From the human T2T-CHM13v2.0 reference genome, Homo sapiens, in assembly GCF_009914755.1 (NCBI RefSeq), contig NC_060928.1: a DNA stretch of 64,000 nt. One strand, given 5' to 3'. Numbering within the stretch: the first letter of the stretch is position 1; every line of letters starts with the position of its first letter. The notes below the pieces were generated by a model that saw only the letters and a program-made list of their open reading frames with translations, was not told where the DNA came from and did not search any database. This document shows positions 11,445 through 24,356 of the stretch, in pieces. The translations under genes and the position numbers were made by a program.

Positions 11445-12550
11445 CAGCTATTGAGGCATAATTGCCAACTAAAACTTGTATATATTGAAGGCATACAATA
11501 TAATGTTCTGATGTATGCATACATTGTGAAATGATTACTACAATCAAACCAATTAACATAATATTTTTTTAGCAAATTTCAAGTATGCAATACAGTATTA
11601 TTTGCTATAGTTACCATGCTGTACATTAGATCTCCAGAACTTACTCATCTTGCCTAATTGAAACTCTGTACTCTTTTACCAACATCTCTCCTACCTCCCT
11701 AGTCTCTGGATTCCACATATAACAGATCACGCAGTACGTCTTACTGTGCCTGGCTTATTTCACTCAGTATGACATCCTCCAGGTTCATCCATGTTGTTGC
11801 AAATGACAGGATTTCCTTCTTTTTTAGGGCTGAATAATATTCTGTTGTGTATATGTGCCACTTTTTCTTTACCCATGTATTGATTATAGGGTGATTCCAT
11901 ATCTTGGCTATTGGGAATAATGCTGCAATGATATAAGAGTGCAGATATCTCTTCAAGATCCTGATTTTATTTTCTTGGGACATATATCCAGCAGTAATAT
12001 TGCTGGATAATATGAGAGTTCCATTTTTACTTTATTGAAGAATCTACATACTGTTTTCCATAATGACTCTACCAACATACATTCCCACCAACAGCGTATG
12101 AGAGTTTTTGTTTCTACACATCTTTGCCAGCACTTATTTTTTGTGTTTCTAATGATAGCCATTCTAACAGGTATGAGGTGTTATCGCATTGTGGTTTTGA
12201 TTGTGTGTCTCTAGTAATGCGTCATGTTGAGCATTTTTTTCATCTACCTTTTGGCCATTTTATATGCCTTCTTTTTGTGCTTATTTGCAAATCAGGCTAT
12301 TTGTCTTCTTGTTATTAAGTTGTTTGAATTTCTTATATATTTTTGATGTTAAGCTCCCATCTGATGTATACTTTGCAAGTATTTTGTACCACTCTGTAGT
12401 TGATTTCTTTTTCTGTGCAGAACCTTTTTAGTTTCATGCAGTCTCATTTGTCTGTATTTGCTTTAGTTGCCTGTGTTTTGGGAGTTATATTCAAAAAAAT
12501 AATAGGCCAGACCAATGTCAAGAAGCTTTTTCCCTATGTTTTCTTCTAGA
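11445..12550 (-). mobile_element. L1MA-family 3' fragment (end of ORF2 plus 3'UTR)
   Basis: Minus-strand ORFs give L1 ORF2 C-terminal motifs (ALFPIAKIWNHP, WHIYTTEYYSALKKKEILSFATTWMNLED; NKCWQRC...LIRCWWEC). Confidence 0.93.
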
Positions 12551-13939
12551 GAAACCTATTTTCTAAGTACAGTAAAAATATTTTCATAATATTATTCTAG
12601 ATATAAATTATCCATAATGACATAAGTGATTAAAAACTACATACTTTAATAATGTTCTTAAAAATATAAAACAGTTTTATCCTCCTGGGAGAGGCAACTG
12701 TCAGATAAAATCACATTTAGTTTTCTCAGTTTACTAAAAATGAAAAAAAATAAAGAAACATCAGCAAAATTGGCTTATGCTCACTCACACCAGGTGTCCT
12801 CCATTATTTAAATAGAATATTTACTGAATGCAGTGCTTTTTCTCCACCAGAACTGCCCCATCTCACAGGCAACAAGCAACCACAGAGCTTTTATTTACTT
12901 TGATTCTATTATGTGGCTCATCTCAATTTGTATGAAAAGCCTTAGAGAAATATATGGGCATCAACACTAATGTTAGTTATTATAACCTTCACTTCTCTTT
13001 AGTGTGGTAAAACAGTGTATATTTATTTTCCTTTTGTTGCATTGCATACATAAATATTATTAGACATATCACAAGGACAGGATTTATTTTTTGTCTGTTC
13101 TTCAAGTTGGTTTGTAATCTCTTGTGTCAAATTGAGTTCTGTGGTCTTTTCTTGTCTGTTCTGGCCCATATTGGCTCCCTAAAATTGGAACATATGCCAC
13201 AAGAGTCTTCACTATAAGTCCCTTTTAGCAGAAATCTTAGTCTGTCCTCCTTTTTGCTTTTAATTATTATTTTTTAATAGCAAGTTGGCAAGATTTTTTT
13301 AAAATTGAAATTTATGTTTTTGGGCATACAGTTTCCTTGGTGATTCTGCTGAGCTCTGATGCAGCCTCAGAGATCTGAGATAAGATGTGTAAAGCAAAAT
13401 GATTTCTAATACATGTATTTGAAAGTGCATTTTTTACAGCTAAAGCAAAATTGAATTTTGAGCAGTCAATTCAATTTCAAGAAGGATTAAGACAAATGAT
13501 ATGTAGATCATTTATGAATTTATTGAGCACTTATTATGTTCCCAGTACTTTGCTAACAATGACTTTTGATAGAATTTAAGCAAGGTTAATGGTCATTCTG
13601 TAAGTGTCAGAATGCCATAGTGAATATGATGATCTGAATTTTTGGAATTGGCCAATAAAAAATTTCTAGAATAGAAGGTAATTGGACTCTACTTCAATCT
13701 GCATTATCTAGAGATGGCTTCAGGGATTTAAACATTAAAAACCCAGTTCTTCAGAAAAAAACCTCACAAATTAAAATAGTTACTCTGAAAAAGCTCTGTG
13801 ATAATACATTGTAGGGTTTTAAAATGTCCTGCACACTCTGAGAATCAAAAAATTTGGGGATGCTACAATCATCATACTGTACAGACATTTCAGGAAACAT
13901 AATGAAAGAATATATGAGAGGCGATTATAGAACATGGAA

Positions 13940-14170
13940 ACCTGACAGATTAAAATCAGAAAAACTTCACTTTGAACCTTGGCTCATTCACTTAGGTTGT
14001 ACAGCCTTGACTAATGACAGGTTAAAGGACGCCGAGCCTTAGTATCACCTTATATTAAATTGGGACACTATCACCTAACTCCCAAAGCTCTTTGGAGTAT
14101 AACTTCAATGACAATTTTAAGCTCCTGTCAAGCTCTTGTTTAATAATAAGTTGTTCAATAAACATTAGCT
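13940..14170 (+). mobile_element. MIR
   Basis: MIR core-like TTTGAACCTTGGCTCATTCACTTAG...GAGCCTTAGTATCACCT...TGTTCAATAAACATTAGC. Confidence 0.55.
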
Positions 14171-15000
14171 CTCTTTGCCAAGATTCACTAGTTGCATTTT
14201 TCTGGAAATTCATACAAATAAATTCTAGTGATTCAGTGGCTTTCTTGGAAATTGATTTTTATTTTTGTGTATTTTTTCTAGTGACTTCCTAAGGCTGCTT
14301 CCTGCTGGAATGATGTATTGCTCTGGGCATTCTCATGTGTTTCATTCAGGAATCCATATGCTGGGTGTAAAATAACTGTAAACTCTTTCCCAGCCCAGCT
14401 GGGCTGGGTTCCCACTCTCTCTAGACACTCAGCTTGCAATGATCTGGTTGGTACTTATTGTGAGTATCCAATCAGATCTAACTCTAGAATTTAAAAAATG
14501 CAGTTTGACACTTAGCATCAGTTTATTTAATTATTAAGATTTTATTTTCCATGTGTTTCACAAAGTACTTTATACAGATAATATAGTTATATTTTCTAAA
14601 TCCCTTAGATGTACCATGTGTGTCATCTATCTCCTTTTTATCTGTTTCTTATGGACATTTAAGAAGGCAGAAAGAGTGAATGTACTTGAGTAAAGAAAAG
14701 TTAATATGTTAATCTACTTAATGTCCTAATTTTCCTATGAGCAGTCTGTAATAACAAACTTACCATTTAATTAAATTTCATTGTTCATTAAATCACCTTT
14801 TCATTATATAAATACTTTAATATTTATTAAATGCTTAATAAATATCAATATCCAAGAAGCAAGCTCAAATGGGGTTGACTGTAAGGGAAATTTTTATCAG
14901 ACATGTCATTTAGATATCATGCCAGTTTCCCTAGAAGGTCTTGAACACTTTTTGTAAATTTTTTTTCTGTTTAAGATGAGTTTTTGATAAGCATAAGGAA

Positions 15001-15120
15001 ATACATATACAAAATGTTTGCATGTATGTATACCTGTACGCATGTGTGTATATGCATATGTACACATATGTACACATGTGTGCATGTACACACATGTGTA
15101 CACATATATACATACATACA
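15001..15120. repeat. Purine-pyrimidine alternating (CATG/TACA) low-complexity tract
   Basis: About 100 bp of near-perfect RY alternation with overlapping short palindromes. Confidence 0.85.
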
Positions 15121-15319
15121 TAATTTTTATAGGCACGTCATTCCTTCTTCCTTGTTTTAGCATAGCCATTCCAATGTCCCATTGAAGGTCTGTTCATTGC
15201 ATATCCTATTTCACACCAGAGGACTAATAATGACAGAGGGTAAGTATGTGACCAAGTTCAGGCCAAACGGACTCTCTTTTCAGGATTTATGTGCATATAT
15301 TTGTTTGTATGTATGTATG

Positions 15320-18300
15320 TATATATGTATGTATTGAACCTGACTTTCATGTAGCTTCATGCATTAGAAATTTATCTACGTGTGGGGATGTATCAGTATC
15401 TCATTTCTTATTGCTATTTAGCATTCCTTTGTATGGGTCTTCCAGTTTGTCTATTCAGCAGCTAAAGGCAGCTTCCATTTTTTTAATTATGAATATTGCT
15501 GCTATAAATATTTGTGTACATATTTTTTGTTGGAATCTACATTTTCATGTTCTCAGGTGAGTAGACAAAAAGATTGATTAAATGATAAATGTATAATTAA
15601 CTTTAAAAGAAATGGTCAAGCTATTTTACCAAGAGTCTAAAGTTTTGCATTTCCACCAACAGTGTATGAGAATTCTAGTCACTCTGCATCCTCACCAGTA
15701 CTTGTAACAGGTGTTTTTTGTTGTTTTGACATTTTAATAAGAGAATATTTGCATCTTATTGTGAGTTTAATGTGCATTTCCTTAATGTCTCATGATGTAG
15801 AGGGTGTTTTCATGTGCTCATTTGTGCTACATATATCATCTTTGGTCTATTAAAATGTATTGTCTGCTTTGTTATTGGGCTTTTTATGCATTCTTATTAT
15901 TAAGTTTTAAGACATATTTAAGATATAAAAATCTATGATATATGTGTTTTGGAAATATTTTCTCCCACTGTATGACACGTTTTTTCATTTTCTTATGCGT
16001 CTTTAAAAGGGCATTTTTTTCATGTTTAAGTTAAAATAAAGCTCAGTGTATTAGGTTTTCTCTTATGGATCATGGTTTTGGTGTCATATCAAGGAAATCT
16101 TTCAAAGAGATTATGTATAATTTTAATGTTTTCTTCCAGAAGCTTTAGAATTTGTGTTTTTATTTTATCCCACAATCCAGCTTTGAGATAACTTTTTATA
16201 TGATGTAAAGTATTTTATTTTGAATAGCATAATTTTTTAAATTTTAAGTTCTAATTGTTGCTAGTACATTGAAAACATTTGACTTTGCATATTGATTAAT
16301 TATGCAATCTTATTTAACTCATTTATTATTTCTAGTATATTTTTTGTAGATTCCATACGATTTTCTACATAGACGATGATATCAACAGCAAATACTTTTA
16401 TTTCTTTTTTTCCAATCTGGATGTCTTTCTTTTGTTGCATAAGCTTGAGGATGTTTTCTTCAATTTCTTTTACTGAAATTTTTAAAGAATTGTAAATGGA
16501 TATGGAGATTCGTCAAATGCTTTTCTCTGCTTCTATTGAAATTATCATGTATATTTTCTTCATTAGTCTGTTGATGTTGTAATTTACATTGATTGATTTC
16601 CAAAATATTATAACAGTCTGAGTCCTGGGATACAAGCTACTTGGTCATGAATACTATTTTTTTGTATATATGACTGGATTATTCTTGCTAACATAGTGTT
16701 GAGTATTTTGGATCTGTATTCATTAAAGATGTTGGTCTGTAGTTTCCTTCACCTGTAACTTTCTTTTTCTGGTTTAGGCATCAGAACTGTTCTGACCCTA
16801 AAATTATTTGGTAAGTGTTTCCTCTTTTAAATGTTTCTGATAGATATTGTGTAGTAGTCATGCAATTCCTTCTTTAATATTTGGTAGAACTGGTTAATGA
16901 ACTCTCTTGGCTGAAAACTTTCTTTCTTGAAAAGATTCTAGCTACAAGCCAATTCAAAAATATGTATTTGCATAAATAAATATATATGTATATGTATATA
17001 AGGATATTCAGACTATTAAATGATCTTTGTTATTTGTTGTTATTCAAGGAATTTATTGACTAAATTTATGTTGCCAAATTTATAGACCTAATAAGGTTGT
17101 TTATAGTATTACATTTTTATAGCTTTAATGTCTGTAGGATCTGATGTGATTCCCTCTACACCATATATTATACTGACAATTTATGTGTTCAGTTTTTACT
17201 TTTTCAATCTTACTAGATGTATATGGATTTGTTTAATATTTTTGAAGGCCGAATTTTAGTTTTACTGATTTTTCTGTAATATTTTTCCTTAATGTCATTG
17301 TTTTCTTCAATTATCTTCATTGTTTTCATCTGTCAATTTGGTAGGAGCTTAGTATGTTTTCTTTTCTTGAATTCGTTAAGGGATACATTTATAACATTGA
17401 TATAAGAACTTTCTTATTTTCTAAGAAAAGCATGGTATTGCGATAAAATTTCCTCTAAACACTGATTTTCCTGGATTGAACAAAATTTGCCTATATTTTA
17501 TATTTATTTAAATTTTTTTAAATTTTTATTTGTAGGTTTCTATCTTATCCATAATTATTTAGAAAAGTGTTCTTTGATTTCAAATATTTGGTACTTTTAC
17601 AGATATATTTTTCTTGTTGATTTCTATTTTAATTTTTTATCAGTCAATATACTTTATATTAGTTTAGTTCTTGAAGTTGGTTGATATTGTTTTCTGATTC
17701 AAAATGTGGTAGATCTTGATGAATGCTCCACGTATACTCGAAAAGAATGCATATTCTGCTGTTGTTGAGTGGAATATTCTATTAAAATCACTTAGGTCCT
17801 GTTTACTGATAGTATTTTTTAGATTTTCAAAATCTTTACTAATTGTATGTTTACTTATTCTATCGATTAGAGAAGAGAGTTAAAATTTTCAAATATAAAT
17901 GTGCATTTTCTACTTCTTTTTATGTATATATGTTTTGCTTCATGTTTTTGTATTTCTGTTTTAGTTGCATACAATTGTCATGTCTTCTTGTTTATTTTCC
18001 CAATTATCATTACATATAGTCCTTTTATACCTTTGGTAAATTTTTTTGTTCTGGTATGTATTTCTTTGATACCAACATAGCAACTCCACTTGATGAATTA
18101 AATTGAATATTGTAAACACTAGGGTAACTACTAAAATGTTTTGGAAAGTAAATAAATAATGTCAGTAGCAGACATAAAACAAAATTATAAAAAGTACTTA
18201 ATTCAACAGCAGATCAAAAAAGAAAAAATAAATAACAGAATATAGCAAAAACAATGATCAATTCTGTAGATTTCAAGTCAATCATATCAATAATTATATG

Positions 18301-19740
18301 ATGTAGAACTGGTATAAGCATAACAATTAAAGAACTGAAATTGTAAGGCTGGGTAAAATAATTCAGGTCCACAAACTGTGCCTAGAATAAACAATTTATT
18401 TTAAATATAAAAAATGCAATAGATTAAAGTAACAAGAGGGAAAGAGTAACAAGATATAAAAATAGTCATGTATACAGCAATCAAATTTAAGCTGAATTTG
18501 TTATTTCCATTTTACTCTTAGAGTTTCTAACTTTCTGCTGAAGTTTCTTATTTGTTTATAACTTTTTCATGAGAGATGTTATCATAGTAATCATAGTTAA
18601 TTTGAATTTTCTACCTACTAATTCCAACATATATGGCTCTCTTAGTCTCATTCTGTTGAAGATATTGTCTCCTGATAGCGTATTGTGGGGTTTTTTCCTT
18701 GCTTTTTTGTATCTTGAATGTTTCCATTCATTGTCAGATAGAGTATTTAGAAAGCAGAAACTGCACAGTACTTATGCCTGGAAATGGACCAACTCTTTCT
18801 GCTAGGTTATTGACTTGCGAATTGAGGTAATTTAGACAGGAGTTTAGTTGGTTTGAAGAGAATCATATACCAAGAAATTATGGATACATGGGTGAGTGGT
18901 TTTCCCTTCAATTTTTCACAGAGACCTTAGGCTGTCCAGGTGTGCCTTTACTATGAATAGATCTTTTCTCTACCCTTCTGTCCTTCTCTCAGCAGTAGTC
19001 CTCTCTTTCTTACGTTTTGATGTTTGCTAAAGTGGGTGGTAGGTATGACGGTGGGTTCTTAGTTGTCCTGTTTCAGTCCTGTTTCAATCTTAGGGACCTG
19101 TGTTGCTATGCTGCATGAGTGGTCATTTCTCTGTGACTCAGCTCCTCTCCCAACAGACAGTGATTTCTCATGGTCTGGGCACAGGATGCATTTCTTCCTT
19201 TCTGCAGTGCCGGGTTTCTTTTCTTCGACATATATTGCAGCTACAATGGGTCTTCACCATGTTCTAGGGATGCTGAGATGTACTACCTTTTCCTCAGGGA
19301 ATTCGGGGTTTTGTTTTGTAGGGTCTTTAGTGCATTTCATTTCTTTCTACACTGGTGGTTCTTCTTCTCTCTAGCCTGCCTCACCAAGGAGATACTGTCC
19401 AATCTTCTCTGCACCACCATTCTTTCTTATGAGCACCCAGTAGACATTCACGAAAAAGAGCCTGTAAGAGAGTGAAATTTCCCTTTGATCTGCCACACCT
19501 GAAGTTTCTCTCCTCTCTCTCATTAGCCTACACTTAACATTTAGCACTTTGTTAAAAAGTTTAATTTATCTTACCTGCTTTCAGAGAGGTGCTATTTTTC
19601 TTCTGATGCCACAGGTGAGCCAGTATTTGTATTCCATCACTCCTGGGAGAGATCCATGTTACCTTAGTTTTCAGGTTACGTGGTTACTGTGACATCAGCT
19701 CTCTGATGGTTTCAAGAAAAATTAATATTTTACTTTAGTA
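15320..19740 (-). mobile_element. Old L1M (L1MC/MD/ME-like) long fragment with an internally inverted segment at ~18092-18505
   Basis: T-rich antisense ORF2 text throughout (TTTTCTCTGCTTCTATTGAAATTATCATG; GAAAAGAATGCATATTCTGCTGTTGTTGAGTGGAATATTCT); 5'-end-like text near 19660-19740. Confidence 0.8.
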
Positions 19741-20514
19741 TTTTGTAAGTGTTCTTTAATATCATTTTGCATTTTGGTGTTTATAGGTTTATATCTTCAC
19801 TTTTAGGTATAACCTTTAGTTTACATTATAAAGTAAAAGCAAATATTTGAATGATGTTTCCTAATCAGACTGTGTTTTCTAGAGCATAGTTAATTAAACC
19901 GGATTAATTTCATCAATTTTTAATGTAGAATTATTAAACTATTTTGAGATTTTAAAGTTTCTTTTACATTTTATTGATATAATCTGTATTATTTTTATCT
20001 GAATCCTAGAAGATATTTGATTCATTTGCATTTTCAAATTTGTACCCTTGTGAGTTTTATTGTAGACAAGTTTTTACAAAATTTTCCAGGTGAAAACTTT
20101 TAAATGTAGATTTTTGACAAGAATATTAAGTTCTTCATTAGATTTCCAAGCAATAATAATATTATATTGCACTCCAAATTAAGTATGATCAATATTATTC
20201 TATGTTGATTAATTCTAGTGTAAGTTTTCTGGGATAATTTTGTAAATTTTAATTGGAACAAATCGGTGCAGATCTATTTATGTTTACATCTCTAGCATAT
20301 TTTAGTGTGTGCATTTTAGCCACTATAGTTTATTTTATCTATTCATACAGTCATATTTATTATGTATCCATTACTGTCTTATGTTTTAATTGTTGGAGCA
20401 AAGAGCAAAAAACATAAAAAGGGCAAAAGCTTTCAATATGCACATATTGCAAGGTCAAAATATACTGTTTTAGGAGGAATATATGGAAATATCATTTCAT
20501 GATATAGAAAGGGC

Positions 20515-20640
20515 ACGAATAAAGTCTAATAAAGGGCAAGGATTTTTTGAAATCCTTGACTAATAAAGTCTAATTTTTGAAATCCTTGACGAATAAAGTC
20601 TAATTATTAGACGAATAAAGTCTAATAAAGGGAAAGGATT
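20515..20640. repeat. Complex local direct/inverted micro-repeat
   Basis: 30-bp direct repeats (20515-20544, 20611-20640) enclose two 30-bp tandem units and two short fold-backs. Confidence 0.93.
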
Positions 20641-21702
20641 GTGAAGATAATAACAAGACAAAGAGGGGAAAGGTAGAGAGAACAACATAAGAAAAATAAT
20701 AAATTCATACTAGGGAAATAGGAGAAAAGCTTTATTGGAGACAGATTATTAAATATTTCAAAGGGTCCTGTAGATCTTGAGAACAATAATGGCAAAATGT
20801 GCTATGTTTAGGAAAAGGCTGTGCTGGCATCTCAGCAAACCTTTCTCTTCATTCAAGAAATCTGAGTAGAGGTTTGCAAGCAGTATTTTTGGAGTACAAA
20901 ATTTCCTTGTAAATATATTCCTCCTACAAAATGTAAATGAGTAAAAGAAAGTGTTTGCTGTGCATCTTGCATAGAAGCTATATATTTCTGAGTAAATGTT
21001 TATTGGTAGTAGTTCTGTGTCCAAAACTACTAAATGAATAATTAATATGTAATCTTTAAACATGTCTTTGAGGGATTAGTATCGTTTGTGTGTAGAAAAC
21101 AAAGTAAATCTCTTATTCAGAGACACAAAATTTAGTGAAGGTGAGAGCAAGGATTTTATTTCAGGTTGACCAATATAATTAGTTGTGTGCGTGTGAATTT
21201 AGTTCAGAGAATTACTAAACAATAATTTAGTCAGATAATAAAATTTACCATCTCCTGTTATATTTTTTAGAGCTTCAGTGTATTTTTTAATGACCAGCAA
21301 ACCTTTCAGATATATGTACTCTGATTGCGTTATAGGTACCAAAATCACCCCCTGTAGTCACTGCCAATAGGATCCTGGCTTAACCAGGAAATGATGAAAA
21401 GCAGTCACCCTCATAGAATCTTTGTGCATCTAATTGTCTCATTGATTTCTAGCTTCAGAAGAAAAGACTCAGCTCTATGTCGAGCCAAGCTCCAAGAAAA
21501 AAATAATTCTCAAGGATTTGTGGATGAACTTTATTCATTACTGATTTTTCCCATAAATTGCCCCCAAATCTTTACCCCTCTTCATCATGTTGCTCTTATT
21601 AACAACTCTTAATAAAGAATAGAACAAGTTATTAGAAAAATAACTAGGAGTAAAATAATCTGATGTTTATTTGGCATGTGGGAGTTGTATCTTCCTTAAA
21701 AA

Positions 21703-22345
21703 TTCAATTCATTCTTTCATTCCTTCATTTGAAAATATTTATTGAACACCAGAAACTACTCTAGGCACTGGGGATATTGCAGTGAATAAAACTGACCAAA
21801 TCTCAGGATTCATGAATTCTACTTGCTTGAGACAGAATATAAACAAAATATATAGTATATTATTGCTAATAAATGCAATTGTGAAAAAATGAAGCAGAAA
21901 ACGAGGATGGGTGTGTGTGTGTGTTATGAGGGGCCAATTTTAAATATGGTCATCATTGAAGGATTAACTGAGAAGGCAGAATTTAATAACTTCCTAATGG
22001 AGGTATGGGAGCAAAACATTAATATATTGCAAGGAAGAGTGTAAAGGCAGTGGCAAAAACAAAGAATGCTTTGGGTTCAGAAGCATGCCTGATCTGGTAG
22101 AGTAAAAGCATGTAAGCTGTTATAAGAATTTTGGAATTTATTCTTACTGGCATAGGAAGGGGTGAAATAATCTACAAAAAGGGGTAGTGTTATTACTATG
22201 CGAGGGGAATCACTCAGGTAGCTTTACAGAACGCAGTTTGTTAACAACCAAGAGAAGAAGCAGAGACCACTTAGCTGGCTAATGAGTCATGGTAATGCCC
22301 TACTTCAGTGTGGTTGTGATGGGGGCTACGATATATAGTCATTTA
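21703..22345 (-). mobile_element. L2
   Basis: Starts with the (TTCA)n tail ATTCATTCTTTCATTCCTTCATTTGAAAATATTTATTGAACACC...CTAGGCACTGGGGATA...GCAGTGAATAAAAC, the antisense L2 3' end. Confidence 0.8.
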
Positions 22346-22638
22346 TATTATATCATACCTAACAAGATAATCTGCCACCTGTATCACATATGACATATAT
22401 ATTATTATAATATATGATATGACATATATCATTTTATATATTCTATTTATGATAATCAGGGTATATCATATCATACCAAACAAGATAATCTGCCACTTTT
22501 ATTATATCGTATATATTATCTTGTTGGGTATGATATGATATATATGACTATTTCTCACTGCCCCCATCACAACCACACTGAAGTAGACCATTACCATGAC
22601 TCATTAGCCAGCTAAGTGGTCTCTGCTTCTTCTCTTGG
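22248..22638. repeat. Long inverted repeat (124-bp arms, 143-bp AT-rich spacer)
   Basis: Arms 22248-22371 and 22515-22638; outer 50 bp perfectly complementary, 77/79 over the outer 79 bp. Confidence 0.96.
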
Positions 22639-22917
22639 GAGGTAATTGAATCACCAGGGCGGTTTTGCCCATGGTGTTCTCATGCTAGTGAGTGAGTTCT
22701 CGTGAGATCTGATGGTTTTACAAGAAGCTTCCCCCTTTGCTCGACTCTCATTCTCTCTCCTGCCACCCTGTGAAGGGGTGTTTTCTGCCGTGATTCTAAG
22801 TTTTCTGAGGCCTCCCCAACCATGCAGAACTGTGAGTCAATTAAACCTCTTTTCTTTATAGATTACCCAGTCTCGGGGTTTCTTCATAGCAGAGCAGTGT
22901 GAGAACAGACTAATACA
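22636..22917 (+). mobile_element. THE1D/MSTA-type LTR, 5'-truncated
   Basis: Starts abruptly at TGGGAGGTAATTGAATCA and ends CAGACTAATACA; lacks the TGATATGGTTTGG start. Confidence 0.88.
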
Positions 22918-23554
22918 GTATCAAAGTCATTACGGTGGATACTATTTTCAAGAGAGGAGTAGAGGTCCACAGGAAGAGAGCATTTGAGTCAAGAGAAGAA
23001 GGAAACCTAGAAAGGATAAGATAAAGAAGGAAAGACTCAGATTGAACTCACAGGCGTTGGATGCTTTCAAATTGCCAAGCATTTTCACATGTGATTTAGT
23101 CTGATCCTTAAAAATGCTTCATTGTGAAGGAAATAATATTATCTCCCTGGTATAAATAAGAAACAATTTTGTGGGGTCATCTTATGAACCCAAGTTCATA
23201 TATCTTATGCAGCAGAGATTGCATTTGAGTGCTGATGTTAGAATTTCAAGTCAAGTAAACTTTGCACTATTCAACTAGGTTATGGTCCCTTCAGCATCTG
23301 TGTCTTTGGGTTCATTAGAAGCAAATATTAACTCTAAATAGTGGGTTAAATATTGCAAACAAAATTTAGTTAGCATTAGCCCAAAGAATTTAATAGACGT
23401 CAGTTTGGCCTAATCTGAGATGATATACGAAACGAATAAGTTTGTTTGGAAATAATTTCAGATGTGTAAGGAGGCTGTGATAATTTGAAATAAAGGAAAG
23501 GCAAGAAGCAGGAAAGATGCAATGGTTAGAGATTTACACATTAAAAGTGATGGA

Positions 23555-23829
23555 CAATGAGTAAGTTCTGGACACGTGCTATACAACATAGTACCAATGG
23601 TTAACAAAATGGTATTGTGCATCTAAAAATTTGTGTAGATTTCATGTTAAACGCACTTTCCATGCAAAAGGGGGACATAAAGAAACTTTTCAAGGTGATT
23701 GATATGTTTATTACCTTGACTGCAGCAATAGCATCATGGCTGTATGTATATATCCAAATTTGTCAAATTGTATACCTTAAGTATGCAGTTTTTTGTATAT
23801 CAATAACATCTCAATAACACTGTTAAAAA
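23555..23829 (+). mobile_element. L1MB-like 3' end fragment
   Basis: GAAACTTTTCAAGGTGATTGATATGTTTATTACCTTGA...CAAATTGTATACCTTAAGTATGCAG...TCTCAATAA. Confidence 0.7.
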
Positions 23830-23940
23830 TGGAATGGTAAAAATATTTTATACCTAGATAGAGATGGTGGCTTATGACATTGTAAATACACTAAATATTA
23901 CTAAAATTTCCAATTTAAAATGGCCAATTTGTTATATATG

Positions 23941-24356
23941 TGATATTACGTGGATATTCATCCCCTCCAAATCTCCTGTGAATTTTGGTTCCCAATGTTG
24001 GAGGTGGAGACTAGTGGGAGGTATTTGGATTACGGGGATGGATTCCTTATTAATGGTTGGGTGTCCTCCCCACTGTAATGAGTGAGTTCTCACCCTATTA
24101 CTTCATACGAGAGCTGGTTGTTAAACAAAAGAGCCTAGGACATTCCTTCCCTGCTCTCTCTTGCTCTCTCTCTCACCAACTCCCCTTGCCTTCTGCCATG
24201 AATACAAGCTTCCTGAGGCCTCACCAGAAGTTAAGCAGATGCCAGCACCATGTGTCTTGTGCAGCTTGCAGAACTGTGAGCCAAATCCACCTCTTTTCTT
24301 TATAAATCACCCCGTCTCAGGTATTCCGTTATAGCAACACAAAATGGAATAAGCCA
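23941..24356 (+). mobile_element. MSTB-like LTR
   Basis: CCCCTCCAAATCTC...CCCAATGTTGGAGGTGG...CTTCCTGAGGCCTCACCAGAAG...TATAGCAACACAAAATGGAATAAG. Confidence 0.85.

Noticed and set aside
20515-20640. CRISPR-like array (30-bp periodicity)
   Set aside because: No unique spacers and no cas genes in a eukaryotic context; every part derives from the same local seed.
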